A DNA stretch of 64,000 nucleotides from Gemmatimonadota bacterium (GCA_036679605.1 JAZDCZ010000347.1:1-64000); one strand, 5' to 3'. Positions 47,946 to 59,098 are shown, numbered from the stretch's first letter. Made by a program: numbers and translations. The notes: generated by a model not told the origin, from the sequence alone.

Positions 47946-49649
47946 GTGAACGCGCTCCGTTTGATATTGTCGCCTGCAGCAATCTTGGCTCTAGGTCTGG
48001 CAGCTCAGCCCGCGACCGCTCAGACTATCCGCGGTACTCTCGTCGATAAAGCCACCGGCAGCCCTTTCCGCGGCGGGTTCGTAGTGCTATTGAGCGACAG
48101 CGGAGTAGCACTTGGGCGCACACTGACCGATCTGAGAGGCGAGTTTGCGCTCGTGGCGCCCGCAGCAGGCCGATACCGACTCAAGTCGGCCATCATTGGA
48201 GTAAAGACAGAGCTTTCATCGGCCATCGACGTCGGGTCCGATGAGGTCGTCAACTACCGGTTCGAGATCGCCGCCACGTTGATCTCGCTCAAGACTTTAG
48301 TGGTCGAAGGTGAACGCACCTGCGAGGTCGAGGGACCCTCAGGACTCGCGGCTGCAACCCTGTGGGGTGAAGCCCAGAAGGCCTTGAACGCCGTAGCGTG
48401 GACCGAGCGTCAAGGCATGCTGAGGCACCGTCTTGTCCAGTACGAAAAAGAACTCGATCCACAAAGTCTCGAGATTCGCGAGCAAGAGTTTTCGTCGGAG
48501 GAAGGTGTGTTTCAGGGCAGTCCGTTCATGGCCCCGACTGCGGAGAACCTCGCGAAGAAGGGATTCATCCAAAGAACTCGCAGGAACAGCTATTACTATG
48601 GCCCCGATGCCGCCGTGCTCCTTTCGGACGAGTTCGCGGACCTTCACTGCTTCTCCATCAGCGCGAACAGTCAGGACAAAGAAGGCCTCGTAGGACTCGC
48701 TTTTGAACCCATCCCAGACAGGAAGGTCTCAGATATCCAGGGGGTCATTTGGATGGATGACCGGACGGCTGAGTTACGCTTTCTCGAGTATGGCTACACA
48801 ATGTTGCCATGGGATATCGACGCCTCCCATATCGGAGGGCGAATCGATTTTGAGCACCTTTCTAAGGGCACCTGGATCGTGCGCCGCTGGTGGATTCGGG
48901 CGCCGGTGGTCCTATACCGTCGAGCGAGTATCTATCGTGGCGAGGACCCATTCCTGGAGGCGATCACGGAAACTGGCGGGTGGGTAAGCCTCACCCAAAC
49001 TGCAGACGGAGAAACCGTGAGCATTGGACGTGCTTCACTGACCGGGGTACTGGCCGGCGGCGGGTCAGCACCGGTTGCCGATGCGTCGATCATCCTTGTC
49101 GGGCCGGACTATACAGAAACTCGCACAGACAGCGCGGGACGGTTCTGGTTCCAGTACCTGACACCGGGCACGTATGCGGTCACCTACGCCATAGCCGAAA
49201 CTTCTGAGTTCCTACCGCCACCCGGTGAACTTGCGCTCTCATCCGATCAAGCGGTGACCATACGGCTCACCGTTCCTATACCGTCAGCGCGACGTTCGTT
49301 CCTATGCCCCAATTCGAATTTGGAATCCGCATTCGGCACCGTATCGGGACTCGTACGAGATGCGATAACTCGGCAGCCGCTCGGCGACGCACGGATCGTG
49401 CTCTCCGGCAATCGACTGGTCGCGAAGTCCGACGGCACGATGTACCGCGAAGCAGTTCACGTCGAAGGGATCTCGGACTGGACAGGCTACTACAAGATCT
49501 GTGACGTACCATCCGGCGTCACCCTCGATGTGCAGGCTCACCTCACGGGATGGACTGCGCCGCCTACATCGATTCGCATCATGCCAAGAAGCATATCAAG
49601 GGTCGATGTGTCACTCACTGCGGTTGAGGTCCCGGGGCGCAACAACTGA
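47946..49649 (+). CDS. Secreted protein with several carboxypeptidase-regulatory-like domains
   Basis: GAGG RBS before GTG 47946; signal peptide ending ATAQ; IRGTLVD, TDSAGRF, GLVRDA...ICDVP. Confidence 0.75.
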   Translation: MNALRLILSPAAILALGLAAQPATAQTIRGTLVDKATGSPFRGGFVVLLSDSGVALGRTLTDLRGEFALVAPAAGRYRLKSAIIGVKTELSSAIDVGSDEVVNYRFEIAATLISLKTLVVEGERTCEVEGPSGLAAATLWGEAQKALNAVAWTERQGMLRHRLVQYEKELDPQSLEIREQEFSSEEGVFQGSPFMAPTAENLAKKGFIQRTRRNSYYYGPDAAVLLSDEFADLHCFSISANSQDKEGLVGLAFEPIPDRKVSDIQGVIWMDDRTAELRFLEYGYTMLPWDIDASHIGGRIDFEHLSKGTWIVRRWWIRAPVVLYRRASIYRGEDPFLEAITETGGWVSLTQTADGETVSIGRASLTGVLAGGGSAPVADASIILVGPDYTETRTDSAGRFWFQYLTPGTYAVTYAIAETSEFLPPPGELALSSDQAVTIRLTVPIPSARRSFLCPNSNLESAFGTVSGLVRDAITRQPLGDARIVLSGNRLVAKSDGTMYREAVHVEGISDWTGYYKICDVPSGVTLDVQAHLTGWTAPPTSIRIMPRSISRVDVSLTAVEVPGRNN

Positions 49650-49739
49650 GCCCGCGGGGTCTTGAGCATGCGCGTGGTCTCTTCCGACGCCTCGACATAA
49701 CGTCTGGCCCCCTTTCGCACACCCTGCCTGTCCCAAGCC

Positions 49740-51038
49740 CTAGTTCCTAGCCCGATACCGCTCGTAAAGCCTCTTGTGCTTGTTGTCCATGTCCACGGGT
49801 CTTCCGTCAATCAGGACGTGAAGGACCTGTGTACGGATCTCCAGCGGATCTCCGTCGGTCACTATGAGGTTTGCGATCTTTCCTTCCTCTACGGTTCCCA
49901 AATCGGCGCCCAGACCGAGGATCTCGGCGGGATAGCGCGTGATCGACTTGATGGCCTCGTCATGTGGCAATCCGAACTTGACCGCATTGGCCGCCTCATA
50001 TGGAAGTGTGCGAGAAGGCGGGTTCGGGCCCGCCGAAGCCCAGCCGGTCATCGCAAAACGTACGCCGCCTTGGTATAACTCGGCCGCATTGTTGAATGCC
50101 CTATAGTAAGGATCGTCCTCAGTCGCAGGCATGTTCTGAGTCGCTCGCAACAACACAGGGATGTCCTTCTCCGCCAGCAACTCTTTTTCCTTCCAAGCGT
50201 CACGTCCGCTCACGAGGATCATTCTCACACCCTGGTCCTCTACAAACTCTACGGCATTGCGGATGTCGCGGGCGTCGTCCGCCAGAATCAACAGGGGAAG
50301 TTCGCCCGACAAGACGGGGATCATCGCCTCGAGCTTGAGATCCCGCGATCGAGTGTTCCCGTCGGCTACTGCGTGTCTATACTCGCGCGCATCTTCCAGC
50401 CAACCACCAAGCTTGGACACGCCATCTCGGTATTCCTTCTGTACTTCCTTAAAAGATCGATTCTCCACGGAGAAGGTTTGGAAGTTGAAGCGTCGCGTCT
50501 GCATACTGGGCCAGTTGAGCACCATGCCGACCGACGGATCCACGATCATCTCCTCGATAGTCCAACCATCCAGGTTGATCGCCGACGCTCGGCCGGCTAT
50601 ACCACCGGCTCCAGTCGAGGGAGCAGCTACCACATGCGTGATACCATTGGCGCGCGTGACCGGGATGCGCTCACTCGCAGGGTGAACCGCCGTTGCAGCC
50701 GACAGCTGGGGATTGAAATCACCCAGTTCGCGGACGTCGTTTGTAACCGTTACAGCGTTGATCTCCTGCAAACCCAGTTGACTGTACGCGTTGAACATGC
50801 CCGGGTATACATGGAGCCCTGATGCGTCGATCACATCAGCCCCAGAAGGTATTGTTACTGCCGCACCGACAGTCACGATCCTGCCGTTGGAAATGATCAC
50901 GGTTCCATTGGCGATCGGATCTCCGACCAGCGTGTGGATCGTGGCACCGCGAATCGCATAAGTAGTACTCTCATCCTGAGCGACCAGAGCCGGGACGAAC
51001 GAAACAACCCCTATAAGTGTCAAGGCGAAGGCTTTCAT
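49740..51038 (-). CDS. Amidohydrolase-family protein, probably non-catalytic (HxH replaced by AYS)
   Basis: Signal peptide; YPGMFNAYS; GTVEEGKIANLIV. Confidence 0.82.
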   Translation of the reverse strand: MKAFALTLIGVVSFVPALVAQDESTTYAIRGATIHTLVGDPIANGTVIISNGRIVTVGAAVTIPSGADVIDASGLHVYPGMFNAYSQLGLQEINAVTVTNDVRELGDFNPQLSAATAVHPASERIPVTRANGITHVVAAPSTGAGGIAGRASAINLDGWTIEEMIVDPSVGMVLNWPSMQTRRFNFQTFSVENRSFKEVQKEYRDGVSKLGGWLEDAREYRHAVADGNTRSRDLKLEAMIPVLSGELPLLILADDARDIRNAVEFVEDQGVRMILVSGRDAWKEKELLAEKDIPVLLRATQNMPATEDDPYYRAFNNAAELYQGGVRFAMTGWASAGPNPPSRTLPYEAANAVKFGLPHDEAIKSITRYPAEILGLGADLGTVEEGKIANLIVTDGDPLEIRTQVLHVLIDGRPVDMDNKHKRLYERYRARN

Positions 51039-53758
51039 CGGATTACCTCCTCTACGCCCTGCGGTTCGGTGGTCACACGGGGCCGTTTGGGCTTCGGCGC
51101 TTTCTCGAGGGCCTTCCTCTCCGCATCGATCGCTCGCTGACGCTCTCGATCGCCGTCAATGTCGAAGTAGAGTTTGCCATCGACGAAAGTCTTTTGCACC
51201 ACTGCAAGGTTATCTAGCGGGTGCCGATCGTAGATGACTAGATCTGCATCCTTTCCAACTTCGATCGAACCGATCGACTCGGCGACACCGAGTTGGCGTG
51301 CCGGATTGATCGTGATCAGCGAGAGTGCCTCTGTCTCCGATAGGCCACCCCACTTGATCGTCTTCGCTGCCTCTTCGTTCAGGTGCCGCATCTCCTCAGG
51401 ACTATCAGAATTTATGGACACCGTCACGCCCTTCTCGGTCATGATGGCGGCGTTGTAGGGAATAGCGTCGTATGCCTCGACCTTGTAAGCCCACCAGTCG
51501 GAAAATGTCGACGCCCCAGCACCATGTTCCGCTATCTCCTTGGCCACCTTGTAACCCTCTAGCACATGCTGGAATGTCGCGATCTTGAAGTCGAACTCCT
51601 CAGCAAGTCTGATTAATTGGAGGATCTCGTCGGCTCGGTACGAATGTGCATGCACGAGCCGCTCTCCCCGCAAGATTTCCGCAAGCGATGCCAGCTTGAG
51701 GTCACGCTGCGGCGGAAGAGCATCCTTACTCCGCGACCCGCGCGCATTGTAGTCATCCCAATCAGCTCGGTATTCCTGTGCTTCGACGAACGCTGCCCGT
51801 ATTACGTCCATCACTCCCATGCGTGTGGACGGGTAACGGTCAGGGTTACGATCGCGCTTCGGGTTCTCGCCCAACGCGAACTTGATGCCGGGCGGGGCAC
51901 CCTCGAGCAGTAGACCATCCGCGTCTGCGCCCCACCGCAACTTGATTACTGCGTTCTTGCCACCTATTGGGTTGGCACTACCGTGGAGGACGTTGACCGT
52001 CGTGACGCCGCCGGCGAGCGCGCGATAGATATTGATATCATCGGGGTTCAAAACGTCTTTGATACCCACCATCGCCGACACCGCAACGCTTCCTTCGTTC
52101 GATCCACCGGCAATGTGCGAATGGGCATCGATGATCCCCGGCATAACGAATTGTCCGGCTGCATCGATGACATTGGCACCGCGTGGCGCCGAGATGTCGG
52201 TCCCAACGGCCGCGATCTTGCCGTTGCGCACGACGACCGAGCCACCCTCGATGGTCCCGTTCGTAACGGTGATGCGGAACGACGGACCAATCAGAGAGCG
52301 TAGCTCTACATCCGAGGACGTGGATTCAGCTTCCTCTTCACCGGTCCCGGTGCTGTCATTCGCATCCTGGGCCCCACGTCGCATTGCCATTCGCCGAGGG
52401 TTCTCGTCGTCGTCGGGCTTGGACTCGAAACGCTCGCCATCGACGAACACCATCTTCACCTTCGTGTCTTCGTCCAGCAAATCACCATTCGTAACCACCA
52501 GGTTTGCGATCTTGCCTGCGTCGAGGCTACCCAAACGATCAGCCGCACCGAAAATCTCGGCTACCGACAGGGTCAGGGCGCGGATCGCGGCGTCGGCGTC
52601 GAGGCCGGCTTCCGTTGCCTTCCGTGCCGCAGCGATTACTTCGGCCGGCCGTTTGATGCCATCCGAATAAAAGGCAAAGCGCACGCCTGCTTCGGCCAGC
52701 CTGGCCGGTGTCGTGGGTGCGAGCAGTCGGAACCGAAGTACCTCTAGTTGAGTGTCGGCCTCAGGATCACCGTCTTCAGGAGCCTTTGGCCAATCGAGGC
52801 TGACCAGCACGGGCAGTTTTAGTTGTGCAAGTAGAGGAGCCACCTCATAACCGCTGTGAAGGCCGTAGATGATCGCCCTCGCGCCAATCTCGTCGGCCGT
52901 ACGGATGGCCCGTTTGATCTCGGTGGCGGTCGAAGCCGGAAACAGCAGTTGCTCTTCTCCGGAGCGAACCGCCGTCAATGGCTCGAGAGCGCGGTCGTAC
53001 GCCGGACGTTCGCGCCCCCGGGGGTCGCTCTCATACCTGGTCCAGGCCTGTGCGTAGTGCTCCGCGTCGAGAAAGATCTGCTTCACATATGCAAATGCAC
53101 CCATTAGAGATGACGGATACCCGCGGTGTCCCCGCCCACCTCTCAAGTTCATTCGGAGTGCGACCGGTGTCTTCACCACCATGTCGTTGGGCCGCTCACC
53201 CGCCAGGTCGATCAGGGCAGCATGCCCCGGAAAGAACCCTCGCTCTGGAGCGGTCACAACCGACGTAAAGCCAGCTTGGCGCCACGTCTGGAGCTGCTCG
53301 TCATCCGGCTGCAGTTGGTCGGCCGCCATCACCCATGTAAAGGTGGCTGGTCGGTCAGCAGGACCACGCGAATAGGGAGAGTCCGCCGCCTGGCCGCCAC
53401 TACCTGCCCCTCCCCCACGCGGGGTAGCTGCACGTCTCACCGCAGGCCCGCTTCCACTCGGACGGGAAAGCCCAAGTGTGGTAAGCCCGTCTATCAAGCC
53501 GGGATAGACCGTAAGGCCGGACCCGTCGATGACCCATGCATCACTCGGGACATCGACCTTCGCTCCAATGGCGGTTATGACACCGTTCTTTAGTACGATC
53601 GTCCCGTTATCGATCGTGCGCCCCGATACTGGAACGAGTCGCGCGTTCTCGATCGCGTAGTGTGAATGGCGACCTGCCTGCTGTGCCACGGCCGGTATCG
53701 GCCCGAGCAGCATGACCGCGGCAACGCACATAATCGATCTCATGCGAAGGTGAAACAT
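51035..53758 (-). CDS. Double-domain secreted amidohydrolase
   Basis: Domain 1 YPGLIDGLT lacks the histidines; domain 2 has PGIIDAHSH, HAHSY, FQH, NSD; ATGA overlap with the next gene. Confidence 0.85.
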   Translation of the reverse strand: MFHLRMRSIMCVAAVMLLGPIPAVAQQAGRHSHYAIENARLVPVSGRTIDNGTIVLKNGVITAIGAKVDVPSDAWVIDGSGLTVYPGLIDGLTTLGLSRPSGSGPAVRRAATPRGGGAGSGGQAADSPYSRGPADRPATFTWVMAADQLQPDDEQLQTWRQAGFTSVVTAPERGFFPGHAALIDLAGERPNDMVVKTPVALRMNLRGGRGHRGYPSSLMGAFAYVKQIFLDAEHYAQAWTRYESDPRGRERPAYDRALEPLTAVRSGEEQLLFPASTATEIKRAIRTADEIGARAIIYGLHSGYEVAPLLAQLKLPVLVSLDWPKAPEDGDPEADTQLEVLRFRLLAPTTPARLAEAGVRFAFYSDGIKRPAEVIAAARKATEAGLDADAAIRALTLSVAEIFGAADRLGSLDAGKIANLVVTNGDLLDEDTKVKMVFVDGERFESKPDDDENPRRMAMRRGAQDANDSTGTGEEEAESTSSDVELRSLIGPSFRITVTNGTIEGGSVVVRNGKIAAVGTDISAPRGANVIDAAGQFVMPGIIDAHSHIAGGSNEGSVAVSAMVGIKDVLNPDDINIYRALAGGVTTVNVLHGSANPIGGKNAVIKLRWGADADGLLLEGAPPGIKFALGENPKRDRNPDRYPSTRMGVMDVIRAAFVEAQEYRADWDDYNARGSRSKDALPPQRDLKLASLAEILRGERLVHAHSYRADEILQLIRLAEEFDFKIATFQHVLEGYKVAKEIAEHGAGASTFSDWWAYKVEAYDAIPYNAAIMTEKGVTVSINSDSPEEMRHLNEEAAKTIKWGGLSETEALSLITINPARQLGVAESIGSIEVGKDADLVIYDRHPLDNLAVVQKTFVDGKLYFDIDGDRERQRAIDAERKALEKAPKPKRPRVTTEPQGVEEVIR

Positions 53759-53897
53759 ATCGCTACTCCAATCTCAAGTGGCGGCGGGATTTGCTGAACT
53801 AGAGTTTTCTATTGAGCTAAAGGTATCATCGGGACGGCAATGTGCGAGTGGCGAGATGCCGGGCGAACTCATTCGGCCTACTTTTCCCGCTTCCCGG

Positions 53898-55577
53898 CTA
53901 CTTGTTAATCTTCCCCCACGTATCCCTCAGACTCACAGTCCGGTTGAACACCAACGCACCGGCCTTGGAATCGACCGGATCGCTGATGAAATACCCCCGC
54001 CGCTCAAACTGATATCGCGTGCCCGGTGCGTCATTTGCGACGCTTGGCTCAATGCGACTGCCATTCAGGACCACACATGACTCGGGATTCAGATAATCAG
54101 TGAATTCCTTGCCATCGTCCGTGGCCTCCGGGTTGGGCACCGTGAAGAGTCTGTCGTACAGGCGCAGTTCGGCTGGCAGTGAGTGCGACGCGGACACCCA
54201 GTGGATGGTCCCCTTTACCTTCCGACCGTCCGGTGTGTTCCCGCCACGCGTCTCGGGGTCGTACGTGCAGTGTACCTCTACGACATTGCCCGCTTCGTCT
54301 TTCACGACGTCAGTGCACGTAACGAGATATCCGTAGCGCAAACGCACCTCCCGCCCTGGAGCTAGCCGGAAAAACTTTCGTGGTGGATCCTCCATGAAGT
54401 CGTCGCGTTCGATGAATATCTCGCGTGTGAATGGAATCCTGCGCGAGCCCTCTTTGGGTACGTCTCGCGGAAAATACGGCGCGTCCAGCTCCTCTGTCTT
54501 ACCCTCGGGATAGTTCGTGATCACTACCTTGAGCGGCTGCAACACACACAGCACACGCGGCACCTGCATGTTCAAGTCGTCACGGATCGCATGCTCCAGC
54601 TTGGCTATATCCACCCGGCTGTCGGTACGCGCAACACCGATGGTATGGCAGAAGTTGCGAATGGCCTCAGGTGTCACACCGCGTCTGCGCAAACCGGCGA
54701 TGGTGGGCATACGCGGATCGTCCCAGCCTGACACACGCTTGTCCTGCACCAACTTCAGCAGTTTGCGTTTGCTCAGGACGGTGTAGTCGAGATTGAGACG
54801 CGCGAACTCGGTTTGTTCCGGAGGACGGTCGAAGCCGACTGCCCTCACCAACCAGTCGTATGGTTCACGGTTGTCCTTGAACTCGATACTGCAAAGCGAA
54901 TGCGTGATACCCTCGATTGCGTCGGAGAGGCAGTGCGCAAAATCGTACAGCGGATAGAGACTCCACTCGTCGCCACGGCGGTAGTGACGGGCATGCCTTA
55001 TCCGTAGGAGCAATGGGTCGCGCATTACCATATTGGCATGACCCATGTCGATCTTCGCCCGCAACACATGGGAACCGTCCGGAAGCTCGCCGCCCCGCAT
55101 TGCCTCCAACAGGGCAAGATTCTCCTCGACTGACCGGTCACGATTAGGGCTGTTGAGTCCCGGCTCAGTTACTGTACCCCTATACTTGCGAATCTCCTCT
55201 TCATTCAGGTCATCGACGTACGCATTACCGTCCTTGACCAGCTTGATGGCAAAGTCGTAGAGTTTTTCGAAGTAGTCCGAGGCATGGTGTTCCCGATCGT
55301 ACCAATCGAACCCCAACCACCGTATGTCTTGCTTGATCGCATCCACATACATCACATCTTCTGTGTGCGGATTGGTGTCGTCGAATCGAAGATTGCACAC
55401 ACCTCCAAACTCAGCGGCGACTCCAAAGTTGAGGCATATTGACTTGGCGTGTCCAATATGCAGATAGCCATTGGGTTCTGGCGGAAACCGCGTCGTCACC
55501 GGCCTACCGTACTTGCCTGATTCTACGTCGCGAGTGATCATCGCGCGTATGAAATCCATGCCTCTCGTATCGACCAT
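53898..55577 (-). CDS. glnS: Glutaminyl-tRNA synthetase
   Basis: TRFPPEPNGYLHIGHAKSI, FDDTNP, VLSKRKL, GWDDPRMPT, EVRLRYGY, KVKGTIHWVS, YQFERRGYF; no YqeY tail. Confidence 0.97.
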   Translation of the reverse strand: MVDTRGMDFIRAMITRDVESGKYGRPVTTRFPPEPNGYLHIGHAKSICLNFGVAAEFGGVCNLRFDDTNPHTEDVMYVDAIKQDIRWLGFDWYDREHHASDYFEKLYDFAIKLVKDGNAYVDDLNEEEIRKYRGTVTEPGLNSPNRDRSVEENLALLEAMRGGELPDGSHVLRAKIDMGHANMVMRDPLLLRIRHARHYRRGDEWSLYPLYDFAHCLSDAIEGITHSLCSIEFKDNREPYDWLVRAVGFDRPPEQTEFARLNLDYTVLSKRKLLKLVQDKRVSGWDDPRMPTIAGLRRRGVTPEAIRNFCHTIGVARTDSRVDIAKLEHAIRDDLNMQVPRVLCVLQPLKVVITNYPEGKTEELDAPYFPRDVPKEGSRRIPFTREIFIERDDFMEDPPRKFFRLAPGREVRLRYGYLVTCTDVVKDEAGNVVEVHCTYDPETRGGNTPDGRKVKGTIHWVSASHSLPAELRLYDRLFTVPNPEATDDGKEFTDYLNPESCVVLNGSRIEPSVANDAPGTRYQFERRGYFISDPVDSKAGALVFNRTVSLRDTWGKINK

Positions 55578-55579
55578 GC

Positions 55580-56977
55580 CTACTTCAGCACCTTTCCGAA
55601 GAACTCTTTCACCTCTGGCACACCACCCTGTAACACGACATAACCGTCGTGTGGTTCGCGATCAGTTATTTCACCGGCGACGGCGGTTGTCATCAACCGG
55701 CGCACCTCGTCTGGACTATCTGGATGTACTCCCAACGCCCAGCCGAGCTTGATATACGCAACTTCCGGCAGCATGTTCGCCAGCGGCACCACCCCTAACT
55801 GCAGTATCTCGCGTCCAGTCTCGTAAACGTGCATCTGCACAAACCCCCACAGAGTCTGCAACGTCATGTATATCTGCACACCTGCGTTCCGTGCTCTCTC
55901 AAGCGCTGGATACATCGCGCGATTTACGTGGCCCAAGCCCGTACCAGCTAATACTATTCCCTTATATCCGCAATCGATCAGCGCGTCGATCACATCAGCC
56001 CGCATTCCCGGGTAGTAGTATGTTAGTGTTACCATATCATCGAATACTGCCTTGATCTCTACCTCAGTGTCGTCACGCCGCGACGCGCAGTCATCTTTTA
56101 GCTGCGTGATCTGCCCCTCCTCTACCATCGCCAGCGGAATGTCGCCCACTGTACGGAAGGTACTTCGGTAGGAACTGTGCATCTTGCGCACACGAGTTCC
56201 GCGGTGCAACAGGTTGTAACAGTCGGAGGTGGGACCGAACATGCACACCATCACCTCGGCGATCGGTCCGTGTGCGGCAGTCCATGTAGCGTTGATCAGA
56301 TTGAGCGCTGCGTCAGATGAAGGGCGGTCAGACGAGCGCTGGCTACCGACGAGAACTACGGGCACAGGAGGCCGCTGGATCATGAAACTGAGCGCTGCCG
56401 ATGTATGATGCATGGTATCCGTACCGTGACCGATCACAACCCCGTCATATCCCGCACGAATCGCTTCTCCAACCCGCTCGGCCACAATCAGATATTGTTC
56501 CGACCCCATGTTTTCCGAGAATACGCCAAACAATTTCTCGGTCTCCAAGTTGCAGATGTCCGCCAGCTCGGGAACCGAGCCATACAGTTCGCCCGGTGTG
56601 AACGCCGGGATCACTGCACCCGTTCTGTAGTCCAACCGCGAGGCGATCGTACCACCCGTCCCGAATAGTTTGACTCGCGGATGCGTCGGATCGAATGGAA
56701 ACTCCTTCTCAGGAATCTTGTAGTTGGCCTGACGGTACCCCAACTCCTCCACCGACTGCACACCGTCGTACCGAACTCCTATGTTGTAGCCGCTCGTCAG
56801 CTTGAGTACAATGTGCAACTCGTCGCTGGTTTCGGAGCGAGGCAACACCAGACCCTCAAACTCACCGCTCGAGGTTCGGATCCTCACCTCACTCCACACT
56901 CCGAAGTTAAGCCTCTTCATGAGATCCAAACATGGGCCGCGATACCCGCGGTAACGCTCCGTAGCAGCAGTGCTCAC
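55580..56977 (-). CDS. gatD: Glu-tRNA(Gln) amidotransferase subunit D (archaeal type)
   Basis: GatD N-terminal domain (EGLVLPR...IVLKLTSGYNIGV), TGGTIASRLDYRTGAV, HGTDTM, GSQRSSDRPSSD, RGTRVRKMHSS; GTG overlaps the gatE TGA. Confidence 0.93.
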   Translation of the reverse strand: MSTAATERYRGYRGPCLDLMKRLNFGVWSEVRIRTSSGEFEGLVLPRSETSDELHIVLKLTSGYNIGVRYDGVQSVEELGYRQANYKIPEKEFPFDPTHPRVKLFGTGGTIASRLDYRTGAVIPAFTPGELYGSVPELADICNLETEKLFGVFSENMGSEQYLIVAERVGEAIRAGYDGVVIGHGTDTMHHTSAALSFMIQRPPVPVVLVGSQRSSDRPSSDAALNLINATWTAAHGPIAEVMVCMFGPTSDCYNLLHRGTRVRKMHSSYRSTFRTVGDIPLAMVEEGQITQLKDDCASRRDDTEVEIKAVFDDMVTLTYYYPGMRADVIDALIDCGYKGIVLAGTGLGHVNRAMYPALERARNAGVQIYMTLQTLWGFVQMHVYETGREILQLGVVPLANMLPEVAYIKLGWALGVHPDSPDEVRRLMTTAVAGEITDREPHDGYVVLQGGVPEVKEFFGKVLK

Positions 56978-58977
56978 GATACCGCCTCTGGCGCCGGTTC
57001 CATTACAACCGCTTCGAGCTTGGTGCGGACGATCATTGGATCCACTTTGCCCAAGAACTTCGGCATGACCTGTCCCATGGCCCAACGAACTAGAGTAGTG
57101 GTTGACCGACCCGGCATCGCCAAAATATCGGTTGCTACATTTCGAACCGCCTCCTCCAACCTATCATCGTCGTCAGTATTACCGCTGTGTCTCAGGATGA
57201 TCTCATCTACCGACACAGCCGGTGAACTGATCGCCATATCGATGAGTCGGTCCAGTGCTTCAATACGAGTCTCGCCGCGCTCAATCGCCCGGACTAGCGG
57301 TCGCGCGCGCTCCGGATCGGGGAGGCCTTGCGGCCTGCCCGCACGCCAGTGGAACGGAAGCCGTTTCGCCAAGGATGCGGCAAGGCGGCGAGCTACGATG
57401 CCGGACTCCGGCTCCACATCATCGAATAGGTCGGCCCACGACGCACGCGCCAGCCGTCTGGCCGAGTCCGCGGTCAGACCCAACTCCATGTAACGACGCT
57501 CCCGCGCCCAAGGAGTTTCGGCTAGCGCGACACGAATAGTTTCTACCAATGAATCTTGAATCGGCAACGGAGGTGTATCGGTGTCCGGATACATCCGCTC
57601 CGCACCCGGAAGAATGCGCTCGAATCCCGTTGTTCCATCAGCATTGGCCTGCCTGGTCTCCGCCGGTACACCGATCAGCGCGTCCGTCGCACGTAGCAAC
57701 ACCTCACGCGCCGCGATCGCTGTATCACGCTCGCTTCCCCAAAGCAGCACTATCGCATCACTACTGTCACCCTTCATTGATTTGCGCAGCTTACTCCACC
57801 TTGATTCAGTCAACATGCTATCGTCGGAATGTGTCATGAACGGCCGGTGGATCGGGCACCCGATCACACGCACTCGCTCGCTCAACTCGTGCGCGAAGTT
57901 TAGTCTCGGCTGTGTGGCATGCGAGAGCAACCCCCCAAAGCCTGGAAGACGTACTGCGCACGCAGTTTCATCTCGATTTACAGCGAAAAGGGTGCGCTCC
58001 ACCAGCTCGGACGCCTCCCACGGTAGACCTTCGTCCGGAATCTCGAGGAGATCGCGCGTTACACCTCGGTGGTCGAGTTCGTTCTTGATTCGCAAGAGGT
58101 TGAGTTGCCGCTGTGCCTCGATGTGAACCAATTGCGGCAGCCTGCGATGGTATGACACCCCCTTGATTTCGACTCTCCGCCCGCCGGCGATGGACACGTT
58201 CACGTCTTGCCGAGCGGCACCCGGCCCCCGTCTTATTTTCCCGGTCGCCCTTGCCACCTCGGCGAGCAACTGCCCTGCCGCCTGTACCTCCAGCGGCGTG
58301 TACAACTCAGGCTCGGTAACGATCTCGGTGAGCGGCATCCCAAGCCTATCCGTGCGGAACGTTATGCGGTGACCGACATCCGAAACTTCGCGACACGAAT
58401 CTTCCTCTAGCGACAGTTGCCGAAGGTGCAGCTCACGGTCGACTCCAAGTTCTGGAATGGTCAAGGGAATAGCGCCACCCAGTGCCACCATCGCGGTCCG
58501 CTGAAAGCCCGTGGGGATCGAACCGTCGAGATACTGTTTGCGCATGACGTGTAGTTCGGACACGAGATTCATCCCCAGCACTTCCGCTAGTTCGATCGCA
58601 ATCCGCACTGCTTCATCGTCGATCTCGAACGGAGGCGTGTCGTCGATCTCATAGGTGCATACCGTTCCGCGTTCCAGCAGGTACACTATTTCCTTTCGCG
58701 TCTTGAACTCCATGAGCGCGGTGCCATCATACTCGCCGAGTTCGCTCAATGTCGGCCGCATGTGGCGAAGAACCTCAGCATCGTGATGGTCGACGTATTG
58801 ACCGGCCGGACAGCGGCAGAACAGCTTGGACCTGGTGAGGAGCTGCTGGTGAACCTCGAGCCCAGCCATGAATCCCAGCGTGTCGTAGTCCGCCCGATCC
58901 AACTCGCCATATTCCTTAATAGGGAAGTCGAGCGCAGGGTCCCGACGGGGGTTCAGTTCTCTCACAATCGTGGTCAT
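56974..58977 (-). CDS. gatE: Glu-tRNA(Gln) amidotransferase subunit E (archaeal type)
   Basis: GLEVHQQL..KLFCRCP, RPTLSELGEYD, DGSIPTGFQRT, LEEDS, DRLGMPL, RQDVNVSI..G.RVEIKGV, internal insertion with HSD, GVPAETR, RMYPDTD, MGQVM. Confidence 0.93.
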   Translation of the reverse strand: MTTIVRELNPRRDPALDFPIKEYGELDRADYDTLGFMAGLEVHQQLLTRSKLFCRCPAGQYVDHHDAEVLRHMRPTLSELGEYDGTALMEFKTRKEIVYLLERGTVCTYEIDDTPPFEIDDEAVRIAIELAEVLGMNLVSELHVMRKQYLDGSIPTGFQRTAMVALGGAIPLTIPELGVDRELHLRQLSLEEDSCREVSDVGHRITFRTDRLGMPLTEIVTEPELYTPLEVQAAGQLLAEVARATGKIRRGPGAARQDVNVSIAGGRRVEIKGVSYHRRLPQLVHIEAQRQLNLLRIKNELDHRGVTRDLLEIPDEGLPWEASELVERTLFAVNRDETACAVRLPGFGGLLSHATQPRLNFAHELSERVRVIGCPIHRPFMTHSDDSMLTESRWSKLRKSMKGDSSDAIVLLWGSERDTAIAAREVLLRATDALIGVPAETRQANADGTTGFERILPGAERMYPDTDTPPLPIQDSLVETIRVALAETPWARERRYMELGLTADSARRLARASWADLFDDVEPESGIVARRLAASLAKRLPFHWRAGRPQGLPDPERARPLVRAIERGETRIEALDRLIDMAISSPAVSVDEIILRHSGNTDDDDRLEEAVRNVATDILAMPGRSTTTLVRWAMGQVMPKFLGKVDPMIVRTKLEAVVMEPAPEAVS

Positions 58978-59098
58978 CGCGGTTGGAATAATAGCGCCGC
59001 CGGCATCGAAAGGCAGGCGGCCCCTCACGTTGACCCACGCACCCCCGCGTCGTACGTTTCGCCCCCACTAGAGAATACGACCCCTTGAAGAGAGATCC

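Noticed and set aside
56974..58977. Calling this gene gatB and its neighbour a plain asparaginase
   Set aside because: GatE-specific motifs, the internal insertion and the GatD N-terminal domain are present, and no gatA or gatC is adjacent.
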